A stretch of DNA of 64,000 nt from Verrucomicrobiota bacterium (lineage in GTDB: Bacteria; Verrucomicrobiota; Verrucomicrobiia; Limisphaerales; UBA11358). Made by a program: the position numbers and the translations under genes. The notes below the pieces were generated by a model. The model was not told where the DNA came from. It worked only from the letters and a program-made list of their open reading frames with translations, and did not search any database. The stretch lies in NCBI GenBank assembly GCA_049516255.1, contig JBEKTH010000011.1, positions 10,348-74,347 of the forward strand. The letters are read 5' to 3'. This document shows positions 59,711-64,000 of this stretch, piece after piece (the first letter of the stretch is position 1; each line of letters starts with the position of its first letter).

Positions 59711-61492
59711 TCAAGTGGTTCCCGCCCCATTGGCGAGGAAAATGGCCAGCGCATACACCAGCGCGGAATTCCAGTTGATGGCGATTTCATTAACCCGGTA
59801 GTTGCCCTGTTCGTCGTGCCAATCGGTGGCCTTGGGATTAGCACCGCCAACCAGGTAGCCGGGCCAGGGATGATTCAGGTATACACCGGTGTCGCGACGA
59901 TCATGCGGGTGCACCGGCGGCTCAAAACCGAGGCCGGTGACAAACGACCGGCCGTAGTAATTGCGGCCCAACAGGTGATTCAAGGCATCCAGGCAGGTGT
60001 CACGATAGACACCCTTGGATGACAGCCAAGAGATTTTGTGGCGGGTCGCCTGATCGGCCGCCATAAGAATGATGGCCTGGCGCGCCACCCCGCCGTTGTC
60101 ACCCCAGTAATAGTGCGATCCCAAAGGACGGGCGTAAGCATCGTGTTTGCAGTCCTGGACGATTTCATCCGCGGTTGCCAGCAGGTTGCGACGCACGAGT
60201 TTCACCAGGGCGTTGTCGCGCCCGGGACGTTCCGAAAACAAATAGGTGAGCAGTCCCAGATCCTTGGTTTCATCCCAGTCAAAATCCGGACTTACCTGGC
60301 CATTCACCGCTTTTACCCGGGCTTCCAGGTCGCGCAACACGTCAGGCGAGCCGGTTGTTTCCCAAAGCTCCGCCGCCGCCCATAAACGGTTTTGCGGAAT
60401 GCGGTTCAGGCGGTGATTCGGTTCGTTGATTTCATAGAGGCCGGTGGTGAAGCCGGTCTGGTCGGCCTGATGATATTCCGGATGCGCCCGCAAAAACTGG
60501 TAGCTCAGTCGGGCGGCCTTCAGGCAACGATCGGCAAACGCCGGGTCGTAGGGCCGGAAAATCCGGGCCGCCTGCGCGGTCATGGCCACAAAGTCCGCCG
60601 TGGCTTCGCTGCCCCAGGGGGTGAAATAGCGTTCGGTCGTCTCGGATTCCGGCGGGATAAAACCGCCGAAGCTCCGGGTGCTGAGTTTGTGATACACCGA
60701 ACCGTCCGGCGCCTGCATGGTCAGCACCCAATCCATTTCCCATTTGATCTCGGCCAGAAAATCCGGCAGCGGGCCGCCGGATTCCGGAAGGTCGAGCCGG
60801 ACGGCCTGGATTTGCGGACCGAAATCCTCCCAGGCGCGAAACAAAGAACCTACCGTAATCCCGGCGTTGACGACGTATTTGTTATAGTCACCGGCGTCAT
60901 GCCAGCCTTTCGTGCTGTTCTTTTGCGTGTGGCCGCCGCCCACATAATCCAGCCAGGCGTCGTTCGTGTGACAGATGTCGTGGGCGAACGTTATGCCTTG
61001 ATAGGTGGCGCTGACTGCCATGTCGCAGCGCCACAGGTAAAATCCGCGCATGACCAGGTAAAACGGTTCGCGATAAACATCCGATGCCACGTGGAACGGC
61101 GCCGACCGGCCCAGGCCCGGCACTTCGAGCTGATAATCACCGGGCTGTTCGAGCTTTGAAAAATCCGCTGTGTAAAGCTGCTCCTGCGTGTCCGCATCGA
61201 AAACCGGGCCGGTGACCTTGCCTTGAAAAACCGTTGCCCCATCGGGCAGACGGACAACCATGAAGTTGGTGCAGGGCAGGGCAATGCTGGCCTGTTTCTC
61301 CGCGTCCGGCAGGTAACCAACGGTGTTGAGCCGGATGGGAAGCGATGCTTCCGTCGCTTTGGTCTGATGAATGGGCAGAAGCGCCAGGGTAACTGCGGCA
61401 AGCGATGCCGTGGCCATCATACCCGGGCGGGGAAATCGCGTGGTCATCCAAACAGTCAACCGGTTTTTGGGTTCGAGAACAAGCAGTGACAC
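59711..61492 (-). CDS. GH9 endoglucanase with an N-terminal Ig-like domain
   Basis: WHDAGDYNKYVVNAG, YYWGDNGG and later conserved blocks. The probable start is the ATG at 61447, which gives a signal peptide. Confidence 0.85.
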   Translation of the reverse strand: MSLLVLEPKNRLTVWMTTRFPRPGMMATASLAAVTLALLPIHQTKATEASLPIRLNTVGYLPDAEKQASIALPCTNFMVVRLPDGATVFQGKVTGPVFDADTQEQLYTADFSKLEQPGDYQLEVPGLGRSAPFHVASDVYREPFYLVMRGFYLWRCDMAVSATYQGITFAHDICHTNDAWLDYVGGGHTQKNSTKGWHDAGDYNKYVVNAGITVGSLFRAWEDFGPQIQAVRLDLPESGGPLPDFLAEIKWEMDWVLTMQAPDGSVYHKLSTRSFGGFIPPESETTERYFTPWGSEATADFVAMTAQAARIFRPYDPAFADRCLKAARLSYQFLRAHPEYHQADQTGFTTGLYEINEPNHRLNRIPQNRLWAAAELWETTGSPDVLRDLEARVKAVNGQVSPDFDWDETKDLGLLTYLFSERPGRDNALVKLVRRNLLATADEIVQDCKHDAYARPLGSHYYWGDNGGVARQAIILMAADQATRHKISWLSSKGVYRDTCLDALNHLLGRNYYGRSFVTGLGFEPPVHPHDRRDTGVYLNHPWPGYLVGGANPKATDWHDEQGNYRVNEIAINWNSALVYALAIFLANGAGTT

Positions 61493-61673
61493 CGTCGTAT
61501 CATGTAACCAATTTCAGTGACAAGTCGTTGAGGGGTTCGTCCTTGACGCTGGTCGTCGACAAAATATGCTCACGACCATGAATTACCCCTTGTGTGGCTC
61601 TACTGCCTGCCCGGATTCTGCCTGCAAAACACTCGCCCGCGAATCAATTCCCTGATCCCACCATACCAACCCT

Positions 61674-63524
61674 ATGCAACTTCATTGGATCGACATTGGC
61701 ATCATCGTCTTGTATCTGATCGCCACGATTTTTGTCGGCTTTTGGGTTTCCAAACGGGCGTCCCAGAGCATGAAGCACTATTTTCTGGGTGGAAATCAAC
61801 TGCCCTGGTACATGCTGGGCGTTTCCAACGCGTCGGGCATGTTCGATATTTCGGGGACCATGTGGCTGGTTTATGTGACGGTAGCGTACGGCATGAAGGG
61901 AGTATGGCTGCCGTGGATTTGGCCGGTGTTTAACCAGATTTTCCTGATGGTCTACATGTCCGTCTGGCTGCGGCGATCGAACGTGATGACCGGTGCGGAA
62001 TGGATCCAGACCCGGTTTGGCAAGGGCACCGGCGCCACGGCCGCGCACATCATTGTGGTGGTGTTTGCGCTGGTGAGCGTGATCGGATTTCTGGCCTACG
62101 CTTCCAAGGGCATCGGCAAGTTCGCCGGTGAGTTTCTACCCGGGCATCTGTCGGACGACACCTACGCGTGGATCCTGATGGGCATCACGACCTTCTATGT
62201 CGTCAAAGGCGGCATGTTCAGCGTGGTGTTCACCGAGGTCGTCCAGTTCTGCATCCTGACCGTTGCGTCCATTGCCATCGGCATCATTGCCATGGTCAAG
62301 GTCGCCCCGGACATGCTGAACCGGGTGGTGCCGGCCGGCTGGCACGACCTGTTCTTCGGCTGGAATCTCAATCTGAACTGGACCACCATTCCCGAAATTA
62401 ACAACAAGATCGCCTCTGACGGTTATTCGCTCTTCGGGATTTTCTTCATCATGATGTGTTTCAAGGGCATCCTGATCAGCGCGGCCGGCCCGGCGCCGAA
62501 TTATGACATGCAACGCGTGCTCTCGACCAAGGGCCCCCGCGAGGCGGCACTCATGAGTTCAACGGTCAATGTGGTGCTGTTTTTCCCCCGGTACATGATG
62601 ATCACCGGCCTCACCGTTCTGGCCCTGGCCTTTTACACTCCGGATTTGGCGGCGATGGGCGACAAACTGGACCTCGAAAAAATCCTGCCGCTGGCCCTGG
62701 CGAAATTTGTCCCGGTGGGCATCCTGGGTCTGCTCATGGCCGGCCTGCTCGCGGCGTTCATGTCGAATTTTGCGGCGACGGTCAACGCGGCGCCGGCCTA
62801 TCTCGTCAACGACATTTACAAGCGGTACATCAATCCCAATGCCCCGCAAAAGCGCTACGTCTGGCTGAGTTATATCGTCTCCTTCTCCGTGGTCGTCGTC
62901 GGCCTTGTATTCGGCCTTTTCACGCATTCCATCAATGACATTGTGGGGTGGATTGTATCGGGTCTGTGGGGTGGCTACACAGCCTCGAACGTTCTGAAGT
63001 GGTATTGGTGGCGGTTCAATAGCTGGGGGTATTTTTGGGGCATGCTCGCCGGTATCGCCAGTTCGCTGACCGTACCCAAGATATTTCCCGACGTCCATGC
63101 CATCAATACGTTCCCGATCATTCTCGGCATTTCGCTAATCGTTTGTTTGATCGCCACCTTCCTGACCAAAGCGGAAGAGATGGGGGTTCTGAAGGATTTT
63201 TACCGCCGGGTGCGGCCGTGGGGTTTCTGGGGACCCGTCCATGCACTGGTGGTCAAAGAAGATCCGACCTTCCAGCGGAACAAGGATTTCTTCCGCGACA
63301 TGTTCAACATCGTGTTCGGCACCATCTGGCAGACCTGCTTCATTGTGCTCGCCATGTTCCTGGTGACGCGCCATTTCCGCAATATGCTGATCACGCTCGC
63401 CGTCCTCGTCATCACGTCGATCATCTTGAAGTTCAACTGGTACGACAAATTGCCGCCGCCCACGCCCGATGCCGCTCCTGAAGCTCAGGATAAGCCGGGC
63501 GTAACCGCAACCATGGCCCATTAA
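61674..63524 (+). CDS. Sodium:solute symporter family transporter
   Basis: 616 aa and polytopic, SSS-like. It lies between GH9 and GH94. Confidence 0.8.
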   Translation: MQLHWIDIGIIVLYLIATIFVGFWVSKRASQSMKHYFLGGNQLPWYMLGVSNASGMFDISGTMWLVYVTVAYGMKGVWLPWIWPVFNQIFLMVYMSVWLRRSNVMTGAEWIQTRFGKGTGATAAHIIVVVFALVSVIGFLAYASKGIGKFAGEFLPGHLSDDTYAWILMGITTFYVVKGGMFSVVFTEVVQFCILTVASIAIGIIAMVKVAPDMLNRVVPAGWHDLFFGWNLNLNWTTIPEINNKIASDGYSLFGIFFIMMCFKGILISAAGPAPNYDMQRVLSTKGPREAALMSSTVNVVLFFPRYMMITGLTVLALAFYTPDLAAMGDKLDLEKILPLALAKFVPVGILGLLMAGLLAAFMSNFAATVNAAPAYLVNDIYKRYINPNAPQKRYVWLSYIVSFSVVVVGLVFGLFTHSINDIVGWIVSGLWGGYTASNVLKWYWWRFNSWGYFWGMLAGIASSLTVPKIFPDVHAINTFPIILGISLIVCLIATFLTKAEEMGVLKDFYRRVRPWGFWGPVHALVVKEDPTFQRNKDFFRDMFNIVFGTIWQTCFIVLAMFLVTRHFRNMLITLAVLVITSIILKFNWYDKLPPPTPDAAPEAQDKPGVTATMAH

Positions 63525-63547
63525 TATCTTGTTCGGAAATCATCAAT

Positions 63548-64000
63548 ATGCGTTTTGGACATTTCGACGACCATAAACGGGAATACGTCATCACCCAACC
63601 CAACACCCCGCTGCCGTGGATCAATTACATCGGCTGCGAATCCTATTTCGGCCTAATCTCGAACACCGCCGGCGGCTATTCCTTTTACCGGGACGCCCGC
63701 CTGCGCCGCCTGACGCGCTACCGCTACAACAATGCCCCGTTCGATTTTGGCGGACGCTACCTCTATCTCCGCGACAACGACACCGGCAGGTTCTGGTCGC
63801 CCTCCTGGCAGCCCACGCGCACCCAACTGGACAAGTACGAATGCCGCCACGGCATGGGCTATACCCTCATCGGTTCGAGCTGTCACCAGATCGAGGCGCA
63901 GACGTGTTATTTTGTGCCGATGGGCGAAACGCTGGAGATCTGGAAATTCCAGGTGACCAATCGCCGCAAAAAACCGGCCAGGCTCTCCGTTTTTTCCAGC
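63548..64000 (+). CDS. GH94 cellobiose/cellodextrin phosphorylase, N-terminal part (runs off the window)
   Basis: Hand translation gives MRFGHFDDHKREYVITQPNTPLPWINYIGCESYFGLISNTAGGYSFYRDARLRRLTRYRYNN..., which is characteristic of GH94. It is absent from the ORF track because there is no stop in the window. Confidence 0.85.
   Translation, partial: MRFGHFDDHKREYVITQPNTPLPWINYIGCESYFGLISNTAGGYSFYRDARLRRLTRYRYNNAPFDFGGRYLYLRDNDTGRFWSPSWQPTRTQLDKYECRHGMGYTLIGSSCHQIEAQTCYFVPMGETLEIWKFQVTNRRKKPARLSVFSS

Overview
High-G+C bacterial chromosome segment, mostly core genes. The repeat families and gene content suggest a PVC/Verrucomicrobia-type genome, but that is inference only. In order along the window: rex, dapA-dapB-folK, a dGTPase-like gene, long-form ispH, tRNA-Pro and a GH35 beta-galactosidase. 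Next comes a nitrogen block: glnB(PII)-amtB, a PP2C phosphatase with a 141-aa kinase-like gene, then glnII and glnA. A small low-G+C islet follows, then hemX-like/hemA/hemC, GNAT, lpxC-fabZ fusion and lpxA. The classical tRNA-Thr/tuf/tRNA-Trp/tRNA-Ser/secE/nusG/rplKAJL/rpoBC block comes next, followed by rpsO-pnp. After that: a repeat-flanked GxxExxY gene, class I fumarate hydratase alpha/beta genes split by a TIR-like gene, rpiB, a DCC-LMF fusion and pfk. The window ends in a sugar cluster (galK, SSS, galM, AraC, xylA, MFS, GH31+PA14, GH9, SSS, GH94) whose enzyme set fits xyloglucan/cellodextrin use. No rRNA, CRISPR array, transposase or prophage was seen. Three things stand out. (1) The PII has a cyanobacterial-type Ser49 T-loop and lies next to a translationally coupled mini-kinase/PP2C pair, a candidate PII phospho-switch. 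(2) Many gene boundaries carry hairpins whose arms are tandem 6-11 nt repeats, with a different unit at different loci. Related GC-rich palindromes and one such hairpin sit in frame inside hemA and the LMF gene. (3) There are three small probable insertions: the TIR-like gene, the GxxExxY cassette and the nuclease-like islet. Coordinates of repeats, promoters and terminators were read by eye and are approximate to a few nt. No searches, G+C calculations or folding were run.
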